A stretch of DNA of 64,000 nucleotides, from contig OZ252098.1 of assembly GCA_965248355.1 (NCBI GenBank), positions 4,928,001 through 4,992,000 on the forward strand, read 5' to 3'. Origin of the DNA: Candidatus Latescibacterota bacterium. Lineage in GTDB: Bacteria > Latescibacterota > UBA2968 > UBA8231. Under the pieces are notes generated by a model. The model ran no database searches. It saw nothing but the letters and a program-made list of their open reading frames with translations, and was not told the DNA's origin. A program made the position numbers and the translations under genes. Shown here piece by piece: positions 28,800-38,217 of this stretch. The number at the start of each line of letters is the position of its first letter. Position 1 is the stretch's first letter.

Positions 28800-29896
28800 T
28801 AGTCGGCCACGGACCCGTCCTCCAGGCGGTTGTCCGGCCAGTGGAACTGCTGGTCCGGCCGCTCGCCCACCTCCCGAGCCAGGGCCTCGTCGATCTCCAC
28901 CCCGAGGCCCGGTCCCTCCGGCAGGGAGACGAATCCCTCGCCGTCCATCTCCCAGGTCTTGCGGGCCACGCCCTCGGGCAGCCGGCCGGTGTAGCCCTCG
29001 TGGATCAGGAAAAAGGGGACCGACGCCGCCACGTGGAGGCTCGCCGTGAGCCCGAGGTAGGACATGGTGCAGTGGGGGGCGATGGGCACGTGATGGGCCT
29101 CCGCCAGGGCGGCGACCTTCTTCATCTGGGTGATGCCGCCGCCGTGGCCGCAGTCCGGCTGCAGCACGTCGACGACCTGGCCCTCGAGGATCTCGCGGAC
29201 CTCCCAGATCGTGCGGTCCCGCTCGCCCGTGGCCAGGGGCACGGGAATCGCCTCGCGCACCCGGCGCATGACCTCGATGTTACCCGGCACCCAGCCCTCC
29301 TCCCAGAACAGGAGGTCGTCGGACTTCAGGTGGCCCCCCACCTGGCGGGTCAGGGGCGGGGGCATCTGGCTGTGGGCGTCGAACATGACGACGCCGTCGG
29401 AGCCGACCCGGGCGCGGGCCTCGCGGATGCGGTCGAGGATCTCCTGCACCTTGTCGGGTGAGCCGCCGTGGGCACAGGCCCCTCCCGGCCCGACCTTGAT
29501 CGCCTTGGGGCTGGGGTACATCCAGACCTTGTGACGGCACGGCCCGCCCAGGAGCCGGTACACGGGCACGCCGTGGAGCTTGCCGGCGATGTCCCAGAGG
29601 GCCATGTCGATGGCCGCGATGGTGTGCACCATGAGGCCGCCGCCGCGCAGGTTTCTGTGGGCGCGGAACAGGCGCTGCCACAGGTGCTCGACGGCCGTGG
29701 GGTTCTCGCCGACCACCAGCTCGCCGAGGGACTCGGCCAGGGCGCAGGCGACGCGGGTCTCCATGTTGTTGATCTCGCCCCATCCGGTGATGCCGTGGCT
29801 GGTCTCGATCTTCACGTAGCCCTTGGGGCCCACGGGGATCGCCTGCAGGGCGGTGACCCGGATGCTGGAGGCGCGGTCTTCGACGGGATCGGACAT
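28796..29896 (-). CDS. Mandelate racemase/enolase superfamily (acid-sugar dehydratase-like)
   Basis: IETSHGITGWGE, AIDMALWDIAGK, MFDAH, WEEG, ATGER, QPD and APHC motifs. Confidence 0.88.
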   Translation of the reverse strand: MSDPVEDRASSIRVTALQAIPVGPKGYVKIETSHGITGWGEINNMETRVACALAESLGELVVGENPTAVEHLWQRLFRAHRNLRGGGLMVHTIAAIDMALWDIAGKLHGVPVYRLLGGPCRHKVWMYPSPKAIKVGPGGACAHGGSPDKVQEILDRIREARARVGSDGVVMFDAHSQMPPPLTRQVGGHLKSDDLLFWEEGWVPGNIEVMRRVREAIPVPLATGERDRTIWEVREILEGQVVDVLQPDCGHGGGITQMKKVAALAEAHHVPIAPHCTMSYLGLTASLHVAASVPFFLIHEGYTGRLPEGVARKTWEMDGEGFVSLPEGPGLGVEIDEALAREVGERPDQQFHWPDNRLEDGSVADY

Positions 29897-30173
29897 GGGC
29901 GGGGTCTCCTCAGGTCGGGGTTCGGAGTGGAGTTGCGAGGTGAAATCTATCTCGCCTCAGCGGGGCGGGCCCAGGGCTTGCCGGTCAGCCGGACCCGGGC
30001 GTCTGGAGCCGGCCGCGCACGGCCACGGCGGGGCCGCTTCATCCGTCTATGTTTGGGGGAGGCGCGAGCCTTGCGGCCTGCCGCGGGCATCCGCTGCGGT
30101 GAGGCAGGACCAACGAGCATGATTACGCCATGGGCGCCGGGCCCGGAGCCCTGAGCGCCACAGGAGCCACCAG

Positions 30174-31115
30174 ATGCAGTACACCACCCTCGGCCGCACG
30201 GGCCTGCGGGTCTCCCGCGTCGGTCTGGGCGCCGGCGGGCCCTCCCGCCTGGGACGGTCGCGGAACGCCACGCTCCACGACATGGACCGCCTCATCGGCC
30301 GGGCCCTGGACCTGGGCGTCAACTTCATCGACACGGCCCGCACCTACGGCACCGAGGACGCCATCGGCCGGGCGCTGGAAGGTCGCGCCGCCGCCGACGT
30401 GATCGTGGCCACCAAGGTCTGGCTGTTCGACGCGGACGATGGCGAGAACCCCCTGCGCAAGCCCCACACGGACCCCCGCCTCGTCACCGATTCGGTGGAG
30501 GCGAGCCTGCGCGACCTGCGCCGGGACCGCATCGACTTGTTCCAGTATCACGGCGTGCCCCTGGCCTCTCTCGACACCTTCGTCGAGCGCCTGCTGCCGG
30601 TGGCCGAGCGTCTGCGCGAGCAGGGCAAGGTGCGGTTCCTCGGGGTCACGGAGCAGCCCATGTTCGACTACTCCCAGGGGATGGCCACCCGGGCCTGCGC
30701 CTCGGGCCTGTGGGACTCGGTCATGGTCCAGTACGGGATCTTCGACCAGGCCGGTCACACCTGCGCCTTCCCCCCGGCCCGGGCCAACGGCGCCGGGGTT
30801 ATCTGCATGAGCGCCGCCCGCGGCGCCCTGGTGAGCGAGGAAGCCCTGGGGCGGACCCTGGCCAAGTTGGACGCGGGCGCCCCCGACGACCTGCGCTTCC
30901 TCCTCGGGGAGCCGCCGGGCACCTGGGCGGAGCTGGCCTTCCGCTTCGCCGCGGCCTGCGAGGAGATCGACGTGGTGCTGGTGGGTACCGGCGACCCCGA
31001 ACACCTCGAGGCTGGCGCCCGGGCCATCACCGGGCCGTCGCTGCCGCTGGAGCACCTGCAGTGGTTGCGGGACCGCTTCGGGGGCTGCCGCGGCGAGGCC
31101 CTGTGGCCGGAGTGA
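30174..31115 (+). CDS. Aldo/keto reductase
   Basis: LGRTGLRVS, FIDTARTYG, ATK, SLRDL..DRIDL...H and GKVRFLGV motifs. Confidence 0.9.
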   Translation: MQYTTLGRTGLRVSRVGLGAGGPSRLGRSRNATLHDMDRLIGRALDLGVNFIDTARTYGTEDAIGRALEGRAAADVIVATKVWLFDADDGENPLRKPHTDPRLVTDSVEASLRDLRRDRIDLFQYHGVPLASLDTFVERLLPVAERLREQGKVRFLGVTEQPMFDYSQGMATRACASGLWDSVMVQYGIFDQAGHTCAFPPARANGAGVICMSAARGALVSEEALGRTLAKLDAGAPDDLRFLLGEPPGTWAELAFRFAAACEEIDVVLVGTGDPEHLEAGARAITGPSLPLEHLQWLRDRFGGCRGEALWPE

Positions 31116-31125
31116 AGCGCCTCGC

Positions 31126-31806
31126 TCAGGCGAAGCGCAGGGGCTGGAAGAAGGCGGGCTCGTGGAAGGAGGGCTCGGCCAGCTCGATGGGCGCCCAGGT
31201 GCCCCAGTGGGGATGGGAGGTGTGCCCCCCGCACTTGTAGAAGTTGCCCTTCCACTCGGTGCCGGCCCCGGGCCGCGGCCGATCGACGAAGTAGCGGCCG
31301 AAGAGCTCGAAGGGGACGTGGTACTCCACCGTCCACGTGGTGGGCCCGGCGATCTCCGGCTCGACCCGCTCCGGCAGGAAGTGGGCGATGCGCACGAGGG
31401 AGGCGTGCTCGGCGGCGATGAGAGGATTGGCCCGCCCCCAGCCGCGCTCGGTGGTCGACGAGCAGCGGCGCAGCAGCAGCACCCCGCCGCAGTTGACCTC
31501 GAAGTTGAAGTAGGCGTCGGTCTCGCCCATGGGGAACGGCGACAGGAAGAACTCCACGCAGCTGTCCTCGCTCACCGGGTCGCCGAAGCGCTCGGCCACG
31601 GCGCGCACGTAGCGGTCCTCGACGCGGAAGATGACGGCGAGGAACTCGTCGTCGTAGAGGATCCGCGCCGAGGTCGGCGGGTGGTGGCCGGAGTCCTCCC
31701 AGGGCCAGCAGCCCAGTTCCAGGACCTCGGCGGCCGGCCAGGGGGGCCGGTCCCAGTCGGCGGTGGGCGGCCCGAGGGGTGAGGCGCGGCGGATGGTGTA
31801 CTCCAT
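31126..31806 (-). CDS. Carbohydrate-binding family 9-like (DOMON-like) protein
   Basis: DSCVEFF, YFNFEVNCGG, WTVE..VP, GNFYKCG and FH.P.FF motifs; no signal peptide. Confidence 0.78.
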   Translation of the reverse strand: MEYTIRRASPLGPPTADWDRPPWPAAEVLELGCWPWEDSGHHPPTSARILYDDEFLAVIFRVEDRYVRAVAERFGDPVSEDSCVEFFLSPFPMGETDAYFNFEVNCGGVLLLRRCSSTTERGWGRANPLIAAEHASLVRIAHFLPERVEPEIAGPTTWTVEYHVPFELFGRYFVDRPRPGAGTEWKGNFYKCGGHTSHPHWGTWAPIELAEPSFHEPAFFQPLRFA

Positions 31807-31819
31807 GGGGACCGCTTTC

Positions 31820-32527
31820 TCAGGCGAAGTGGACGGGGCGGAAGAAGTCGGGGCGGTGGAAGTTCGGCTGCGGCGCCCCCACGGGGGCCCACGACCCCCA
31901 GTGGGGATGCGAGGTCTGGTCGCCGCACTTGTAGAAGTTGGCGCGCCAGGCGCTGCCCGCCCTCGGCGTCACCGGGCCGAAGTGCTTCTCGAAGAGGCTC
32001 CAGGGCACGTGGTACTCCACCGCCCAGGTCGTCGGTCCGGTGATCTCCGGATCGACGATCCTCGGCTGGGTGTGGGCCATGGCGATGGTGGCGCCGTCCT
32101 CTTCCGAGACCTCCACCGTGGCGCCGCCGGCCTTCTCGGCGGTGGAGGCGCAGCGGTGCAGGAGCATGGTGCCGCCGCAGTTGACCTCGAAGTTGAAGTA
32201 GGCGTCGGCGGCCGGGTCGGCGGCGGGGGCGACGAAGAACTCGACGCAGCTGTCGTGGCAGACGGAGTCGTTGAACCCCTGCGCCACGGCGCGGACGTAG
32301 TGGTCGTCGACGACGAAGAGCACCGCGAGCCAGCCGTCGTCCCAGAGGAGGCGGGCCCTCGTGCGGGGGCGGTGGCCGGAGTCCTCCCAGGCGTAGTGGA
32401 CGACCTCCAGCTCGTCGGCCGCCGACCACAGGGCCCGGCCGGCCTCGGCCGAGGGATCGCCCAGGGCCGCGGGGGCCCGCCGGATCGCATAGGGTCCGGG
32501 ACCTCCCTCGCTGCCGGCGCCGGTCAC
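31820..32527 (-). CDS. Carbohydrate-binding family 9-like protein (tandem paralog)
   Basis: Same motif set as 31126..31806; GTG start overlaps the upstream stop (GTGA at 32524-32527). Confidence 0.78.
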   Translation of the reverse strand: MTGAGSEGGPGPYAIRRAPAALGDPSAEAGRALWSAADELEVVHYAWEDSGHRPRTRARLLWDDGWLAVLFVVDDHYVRAVAQGFNDSVCHDSCVEFFVAPAADPAADAYFNFEVNCGGTMLLHRCASTAEKAGGATVEVSEEDGATIAMAHTQPRIVDPEITGPTTWAVEYHVPWSLFEKHFGPVTPRAGSAWRANFYKCGDQTSHPHWGSWAPVGAPQPNFHRPDFFRPVHFA

Positions 32528-33276
32528 AGCTTGCCCTCCGCTTTCCACCGGGCGTACAGCTCCTGCCGGTAGCGCGCCGCCCGCTCGTCGTCGACGCTGG
32601 CCGACTCGGCGTAGTAGACGAAGCCGAGGGCCGAGCGCCCGCGGTCGGAGGTGTTGGCGTCGGCGCGGTGGATCACCATGCAGTGGTGGGCGAAGAGATC
32701 CCCCGGCCGGGCGTGGATCGCCGCCTCGAGGGCGCGGTCCTCGTCGCCGTAGTCGGGCAGCCCCAGGGAGAACCCCACGACGTCCGAGGGCTGGTGGGGG
32801 CGCATGCCGGCGCGGTGGGAGCCGCGCACGTAGCGCATGCACCCGTTCTCCTCGTCCATGTGATCGAGGGCGAGCCACAGGGTGATGGCGTGGTTGGGCT
32901 CCAGCATGAAGTAGAAGCCGTCCTGGTGGGGCGGCGTCACGGCGCCGGCCCGGGCCGGCTTGTTGAACCACTGCAGGTTGCGGACCACGGCGCCCTCGCC
33001 CAGCAGCTCGGCGGCGAGCCCCTGGAACCGGTCGGAGCGGCACAGCTCGTCGAACCAGGGGTCGAGGGCGGCCATGTTCTGCAGCCGCTTGATCGTCGAC
33101 GGGTCGGCCGGGTCCTCGTAGAAGGCCGTGCTCTCCGGCGCCACGGGGAGCACCTCGTCGACGAAGCGCTTGATGTTGGCGTCCACCTCGGCCGCCTCCT
33201 CCGGGGACAGGTAGCCGTGGAGCAGGACGAAGCCGTCGCGGTCGAAGTCGGCCTTGGCGCCGGCGGTGTCGGTCAT
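32524..33276 (-). CDS. PhyH family Fe(II)/2OG dioxygenase
   Basis: C-terminal part of ORF 32524..34872. FDRDGF, FNKP...TPPHQD, ENGCMRYVRGSH and HRADAN motifs; GGAGG ribosome-binding site. Confidence 0.88.
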   Translation of the reverse strand: MTDTAGAKADFDRDGFVLLHGYLSPEEAAEVDANIKRFVDEVLPVAPESTAFYEDPADPSTIKRLQNMAALDPWFDELCRSDRFQGLAAELLGEGAVVRNLQWFNKPARAGAVTPPHQDGFYFMLEPNHAITLWLALDHMDEENGCMRYVRGSHRAGMRPHQPSDVVGFSLGLPDYGDEDRALEAAIHARPGDLFAHHCMVIHRADANTSDRGRSALGFVYYAESASVDDERAARYRQELYARWKAEGKL

Positions 33277-33278
33277 CT

Positions 33279-34046
33279 TCACCTCCCTTTGAGTCCAAGC
33301 AGGTTCGCCGCGTTGCGGAAGGCGACGCGGTCGCGCACCCTCTTCCCCCGGTCGAGGAGCTCCAGCTTCAGCAGGGCCGGATCCGGGACCTTGAAGACCA
33401 TGCCGGTGCCGAAGGCGAGCTTGTCGTGGCCGCCGCGGTCGAGGAAGGCCTGCATGGTCCGCTGCAGCACCGCCGCCATGCGCGAGATGTCGGCCACGTA
33501 CCGAGCCTCCGGGAAGCTCTCCACCGGCAGGCCCAGGGCGTTCAGGAACATCCACTTCACCTTCGGCCGCGCCTCCAGAGCGAGGCGGAACTCGTCGCCG
33601 GAGAGGTCCCGCGCCCGGTCCCAGGGGTGCCGGGTGCGCCGGTCCTCGACCCGCTGCGGCACCTGCACGACGAAGCCGCGCTCGCTGGCCGCGTCGATCA
33701 GCTCGAGGGCCGCCGGGTCGGTGAGCCGGTACTCGTGGTACTGGGGATAGAGCCGCAGGCCCACCATGCCCAGCTCCTCGGCGCAGCGGCGCAGGTCCTC
33801 GCGCCAGCCCGGGTATCCCGGGTTGAGGGTGGCCACCGGCAGCAGGCGGTCCCGGTGGCGGCGCACCTGCGCGGCGAGGTCCTCGTTGGCGGCGTGGCTG
33901 TTGCGGTAGAGGGCGGCGCTCACGTCGGCCACCACGGCCGTGTCGATGCCCTTGCGGTCCATCCGCCGCAGCAGCCCTCCGGCGGTGGCCCTGGAGAGCC
34001 GGCGGAAGGGCCAGTGGCCGATCCAGGTGTTGATGTCGATGAGCAC
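33279..34046 (-). CDS. Amidohydrolase_2 family protein (degenerate metal motif)
   Basis: IDINTWIG, ANE, GLRLYP, LAFGTG and NA..LL TIM-barrel pattern. Confidence 0.72.
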   Translation of the reverse strand: MLIDINTWIGHWPFRRLSRATAGGLLRRMDRKGIDTAVVADVSAALYRNSHAANEDLAAQVRRHRDRLLPVATLNPGYPGWREDLRRCAEELGMVGLRLYPQYHEYRLTDPAALELIDAASERGFVVQVPQRVEDRRTRHPWDRARDLSGDEFRLALEARPKVKWMFLNALGLPVESFPEARYVADISRMAAVLQRTMQAFLDRGGHDKLAFGTGMVFKVPDPALLKLELLDRGKRVRDRVAFRNAANLLGLKGR

Positions 34047-34049
34047 GCC

Positions 34050-34820
34050 TCAGCCTCTCCGGCGCCGGTCGAGCATCCCCTGGAAGTTCCTCCAGAAGAG
34101 CCTCTCCTTCTGGGCCTGGGTAAGCTCGGCGCCGAGGACCTTGCCCACGCCCCCTTCCATGGTCATGTCGGTGGCGAACAGGATGCGCCCGGCCCCAAGC
34201 TCGCGGACGCAGGCCTCGACCATGCCCTCGTCGATGATCGATCCCGAGGTGTCGAGGTAGACGGAGGGGGCGTCGCGCAGCTGCTTGAGCGCCCACTCCC
34301 AGTCGCCGCCGCCGCCGATGTGGGCCTCGATGAGCATGCACTCCGGGTAGGCGTGCGCGGCCTCGACGAAGTGGCCGGCGTCGGAGATGTTGGGCTGCTG
34401 GTCGAGGAAGTCGCGCGTGGTGGGACGTCCGGCGTGCTCGAGGACGGGCACGCCCTCCTCGATGGCCTTCTCCAGGACGGGGAAGACCACGGGATCGCAG
34501 ATCCGGTACTGGTTGTAGAGCTTGACCCCGGACATCCCCGCGTCGAGACAGCGGTCGATCTCGTCGAGGGACTCCCGGTGGCCGGGAACGACGAAGCAGT
34601 ACCCGAAGAGGCGGCCCTCGTAGCGCCCCATGGCCTCGAGGACGGCGTCGTTGCACTCCCGCACGCGGGCGAAGTCCGGCATGCCCCGGGTGACGGGGAT
34701 GCTGACGTAGAGTTCGTCGATGCCGAGGGCGTCGGCGGCCTCGATGATGCGGTCGTCGTGGTCCCAGCCCCAGCCGACGCCGGCGCCGTTCACGTGCATG
34801 TGGCAGTCGATCTTGCGCAT
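34050..34820 (-). CDS. Amidohydrolase_2 family protein
   Basis: IDCHMH, GVKL, LEHAG, AHIGG, YLDTSG and ILFATD motifs. Confidence 0.85.
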   Translation of the reverse strand: MRKIDCHMHVNGAGVGWGWDHDDRIIEAADALGIDELYVSIPVTRGMPDFARVRECNDAVLEAMGRYEGRLFGYCFVVPGHRESLDEIDRCLDAGMSGVKLYNQYRICDPVVFPVLEKAIEEGVPVLEHAGRPTTRDFLDQQPNISDAGHFVEAAHAYPECMLIEAHIGGGGDWEWALKQLRDAPSVYLDTSGSIIDEGMVEACVRELGAGRILFATDMTMEGGVGKVLGAELTQAQKERLFWRNFQGMLDRRRRG

Positions 34821-35019
34821 CTGTGGAGGGCGTCTGTCGGGGTGGGATGCCGCGGACGTTCGGGCTAATCAAGCGCCCGCCGCGCGCCGGGGAAAGGGCG
34901 CGGAATCCCTCCCGAACTCGCCCCGCGGGAGCCGGGGCCGCTACTTTCTCCGCCCCTCACCTGCCCGGCCGGGACCGCCCTGCGCCCCGGCCGCTCACCG
35001 GCACAAGGAGACCACCGCC

Positions 35020-35784
35020 ATGGACGATGTCTTTCTCGACGCCAGCGGACAACCGCGGAGGGTCCGCGGCGTCACCGTGAACAGCGGCTCGCCGGTGCTC
35101 GTGCGCCTGGCGGCGCAGATCGGCTGGGAGGCAATCTGGATCGAGATGGAGCACGGCCCCTCGGGGTTCGAGCGGGTCGAGGCCCTGTGCACGGCCGCGG
35201 AGGCCGGGGGCACCCTGCCGCTGGTGCGCCTGCCGGACGGCGAGCGGCACCACGTGCTGCGGGCCCTGGAGTCGGGGGCGCGCATCGTGGTGGTCCCCAT
35301 GGTCGACGACGCCGCCCACGCCCGCCGGGTCGTGGAGTACGGCAAGTACTCCCCCGTGGGGGCCCGCGGCTTCAACACCCGCACGCCGGGCATGGGCTTC
35401 GGCCTCACCGACCCGGTGCAGGCCATGGCGAAGGCCAACGAGGCCTCGCACCTGTTCACCCAGATCGAGACGGTCCGGGCGGTGGAGAACGTGGACGAGA
35501 TCCTGGCCGTGGAGGGCCTCTCCGGGATCTTCCTGGGGCCGGGGGACCTGTCCGTGAACCTCGGCGTCACCGGACAGATGACGGACCCCCGCCTGCGCGG
35601 GATGGTCCTGTCCTGCATCGAGAAGGCGAAGGCGGCGGGCCGCCACTGCGGCATCTTCACGCTCCCGGGACCGCTGCTCGAGGCGGCCATGGAGGCCGGC
35701 TGCGACCTGGTCGTCTGCGGCGGCGACGTGATGGACCTGGCCCGGGCGTGGACCCGGCTGCTGGAGGGGATCCCCGGCCGCTAG
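35020..35784 (+). CDS. HpcH/HpaI family class II aldolase
   Basis: EMEHG, LVR, VVPMV, P.G.RG, QIET and FLGPGDLS motifs; AAGGAG before ATG 35020. Confidence 0.88.
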   Translation: MDDVFLDASGQPRRVRGVTVNSGSPVLVRLAAQIGWEAIWIEMEHGPSGFERVEALCTAAEAGGTLPLVRLPDGERHHVLRALESGARIVVVPMVDDAAHARRVVEYGKYSPVGARGFNTRTPGMGFGLTDPVQAMAKANEASHLFTQIETVRAVENVDEILAVEGLSGIFLGPGDLSVNLGVTGQMTDPRLRGMVLSCIEKAKAAGRHCGIFTLPGPLLEAAMEAGCDLVVCGGDVMDLARAWTRLLEGIPGR

Positions 35785-35816
35785 GGCTCGCTCGAGCCGC
35801 GGGCATCGCCCGCCAG

Positions 35817-37007
35817 TCAGCCAGGAGCCTCCGCCCGCGTACGGAACGTCACCCGCACGAACTTCCCGCCTTCGTCCTGCGCCAGCTCCGGCTCGGTGCC
35901 GTTGAATTCCCGCATCCCTTTCCGCATGACCGGCCATCCCCGTCCCCGCTGCTCCGTCAGCCGGGCGACGAGGACGGCGTTCGCCATCAACTCGTTTCGC
36001 GACCTGGGGTTTCCGCCGGAGCGGACATTCTCGACCCTCATATGGTTGGGGAGGGTGCCGGGGCTGGTCACGTCGATGCGGTTCGCGAATACCTCGAGCA
36101 GGACCCTTGCCCCGGTAATCGCGTAGTCGCGGTGGACGACGGCGTTGACGATGGCCTCGCGCAACGCCTTCTCGGGGACCAGCGGCCTGTCCTCTCGTTC
36201 GAGGCCGTGGTAACGCTCGGTCCATCCCAGCCCCCGGACCCATCCCGCGGCCCGGCGGACCTGCTCGTCGAGTCGTCCTTTCCCTTCTCCGGCGAGAATG
36301 ACCTCCGAGGCCCGGTCCTCACCGGAATAGGCGATGCACTGGACGAAGAAACTCGTGGTCTGGGGGTGCGCCTGGGGCTCCTTGCCGAAGGCCATCAATC
36401 CGTAGAGCGTGGGGCGCAAGGCCCCGTCGAACTCGGCGAGAATGCGTCTGTTTCGCAGATCGTCGGCGAAGGCCGGCTGTGGTTCCTCCTCCGTATCGAG
36501 GCCCTGCGCGCGCAGGAAGGACCGGAAGGCTCCGGCGTCGATGTCCTCCATGCTCGCAGCGGGGATGACCTGCTCTTCCGTCAGAACGAAGCCGAATGTG
36601 TTGTACAGCTCCTGAAGCTCGGTCGGCGACGGCTCGACGCTGCTGCGTTGGCGCCGGATCCAGACGCGCCCTCGATGGTGAAGCGGCTCGAACCCCCGCT
36701 GGCGGGGAACCTCGATCCAGTGCACCCATCCGTTGGCGTGGTTGTGCCGCCCGCAGCGTGCGGGAACCGGGACGCTGCATCCCGAATGCAGGAAGCCGGT
36801 CAGCCGTTCCAGTGCTGAATCCGGATCCTCTCTCACCCCGACGATGGCACCGCCGTCGTCGACCCCGAGGATGATCAGCCCGCCTTCGGCGTTGGCGAAG
36901 GCGCAGATCGCCCGGCCGATTCCGGAAAGCTCGGCGAGGTCGCGCTTGAATTCGGTCTTCCCGTCCTCACCTGCCTCGATGCGCCTCGCGATGTCGCGCC
37001 ATTCCAT
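35817..37007 (-). CDS. Schlafen/AlbA_2 domain + HATPase_c_4 (RecG-C-like) protein
   Basis: GE....EFK, ICAFANAEGG..ILGVDD, ALREAIVNAVVHRDY, SPG.LP and SRN motifs. Confidence 0.85.
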   Translation of the reverse strand: MEWRDIARRIEAGEDGKTEFKRDLAELSGIGRAICAFANAEGGLIILGVDDGGAIVGVREDPDSALERLTGFLHSGCSVPVPARCGRHNHANGWVHWIEVPRQRGFEPLHHRGRVWIRRQRSSVEPSPTELQELYNTFGFVLTEEQVIPAASMEDIDAGAFRSFLRAQGLDTEEEPQPAFADDLRNRRILAEFDGALRPTLYGLMAFGKEPQAHPQTTSFFVQCIAYSGEDRASEVILAGEGKGRLDEQVRRAAGWVRGLGWTERYHGLEREDRPLVPEKALREAIVNAVVHRDYAITGARVLLEVFANRIDVTSPGTLPNHMRVENVRSGGNPRSRNELMANAVLVARLTEQRGRGWPVMRKGMREFNGTEPELAQDEGGKFVRVTFRTRAEAPG

Positions 37008-37039
37008 GGGAACTCTCTGCTTCCCGGGGCAGGCTCCTC

Positions 37040-37798
37040 CTACAGCCGCACCGGCAGCCCCTCCAGCATGCCGCTCTTGTGCATGTCGACCCACTCGTCC
37101 ATGAAGGTCTTGTTCCACTGGTCGGTGAGGGGGTGCTCCATCATGTCGCGGTAGACCGTCCACATGGTGACCAGCTCGTCGCAGCCGTCGCGGAAGGCGG
37201 CGTACGCGGTATCGACGGAGCGGATCAGCGCCGCCTGGATGAAGGGGCGCTGCTCCCAGCCGCCGAACATCTTCACGCACTCGCGGATCAGCTTGGTGGG
37301 GTCCCCTCCGACCGCTTTCACCGGATCGCAGAACGGCAGGATGTGGTTGGCGCCCGCCTGGGCCACGGCCGCGGCCTGGGTCAGGGAGAAGCAGGTGGTG
37401 CAGTAGGTCTCCACCCCCTCCTCGCGGAAGGCGGCGAAGGCCTTGAGGCCGATCACGGTGCAGGGGATCTTGAGGATCACCTGGTCCGACATCTCCGTGA
37501 AGACGCGGCCCACGTCGAGCAGCTCCTCGACGCTGTGGCCGTCGATCTCGACGACCACCGGCTTGTCGGTGATGTCGAGGTAGGCGCGGACGACGTCGGT
37601 CACGGGGCCGTAGATTTTCACCATCTGGTTGAGCACCACCGTGTTGGTGACGATGCCGGCGATGCCGAGGGGCATCCACTCGGCCAGGTCCTTCGGGTCG
37701 CCGGCCAGCCAGATCAGCGGGCCCCGGCCCGTGCGCCGGGCCCGTGTCACCGGCCCCTCTGCCTCGGGGGTCTGCTGCGTCTCTCTGTCCTTTGCCAT
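37040..37798 (-). CDS. Transaldolase/fructose-6-phosphate aldolase family protein (divergent)
   Basis: GIVTN, Schiff-base LKIP.T..GL.A, FS..QA...AQAGA and HPLTD motifs. Confidence 0.82.
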   Translation of the reverse strand: MAKDRETQQTPEAEGPVTRARRTGRGPLIWLAGDPKDLAEWMPLGIAGIVTNTVVLNQMVKIYGPVTDVVRAYLDITDKPVVVEIDGHSVEELLDVGRVFTEMSDQVILKIPCTVIGLKAFAAFREEGVETYCTTCFSLTQAAAVAQAGANHILPFCDPVKAVGGDPTKLIRECVKMFGGWEQRPFIQAALIRSVDTAYAAFRDGCDELVTMWTVYRDMMEHPLTDQWNKTFMDEWVDMHKSGMLEGLPVRL

Positions 37799-37965
37799 GA
37801 TCGTCTCTCTCCCATCCGCCGGGCAGGCGGGCTATCCTCCGTCCGGGCGTAGCCTAGAGGCGCCGACGGGCAGCCCATCCAAGCATACATCATCCACGGT
37901 CACCCTCGGACGCCAGCGGGGCAGCGCCTCCTGGGACTACCGGACCCCCGGGGAATGGAGGACCC

Positions 37966-38217
37966 CTACTTCTTTCGGTTGGGCCGCTGCGTCAGTGCGG
38001 AGCCCGAGGAAGTCTTCGCGGTCTTGCTCGAGCCACTACTTCGAAGGGTCTTTGAGGCTGCCGACGCGGCTCGGTTCGAGGTTACCTTGGTCGTCTTCCG
38101 CTGTGACAGGGCGGAGCCGGCCGCAGACTTCTCCGACTTGCTGGACTTGCTGTCTCTCAGAACCCGTGAAGCTGCGGATGCCGCGCTCTTGCTCGTCTTC
38201 TCAGTTCTCTTGGCCAT
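37966..38217 (-). CDS. Small basic S/K/A-rich protein made of two tandem repeats
   Basis: GGAGG ribosome-binding site; two copies of TS..AASAAS..LR...SSK..K...GSAL.QR. Confidence 0.7.
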   Translation of the reverse strand: MAKRTEKTSKSAASAASRVLRDSKSSKSEKSAAGSALSQRKTTKVTSNRAASAASKTLRSSGSSKTAKTSSGSALTQRPNRKK

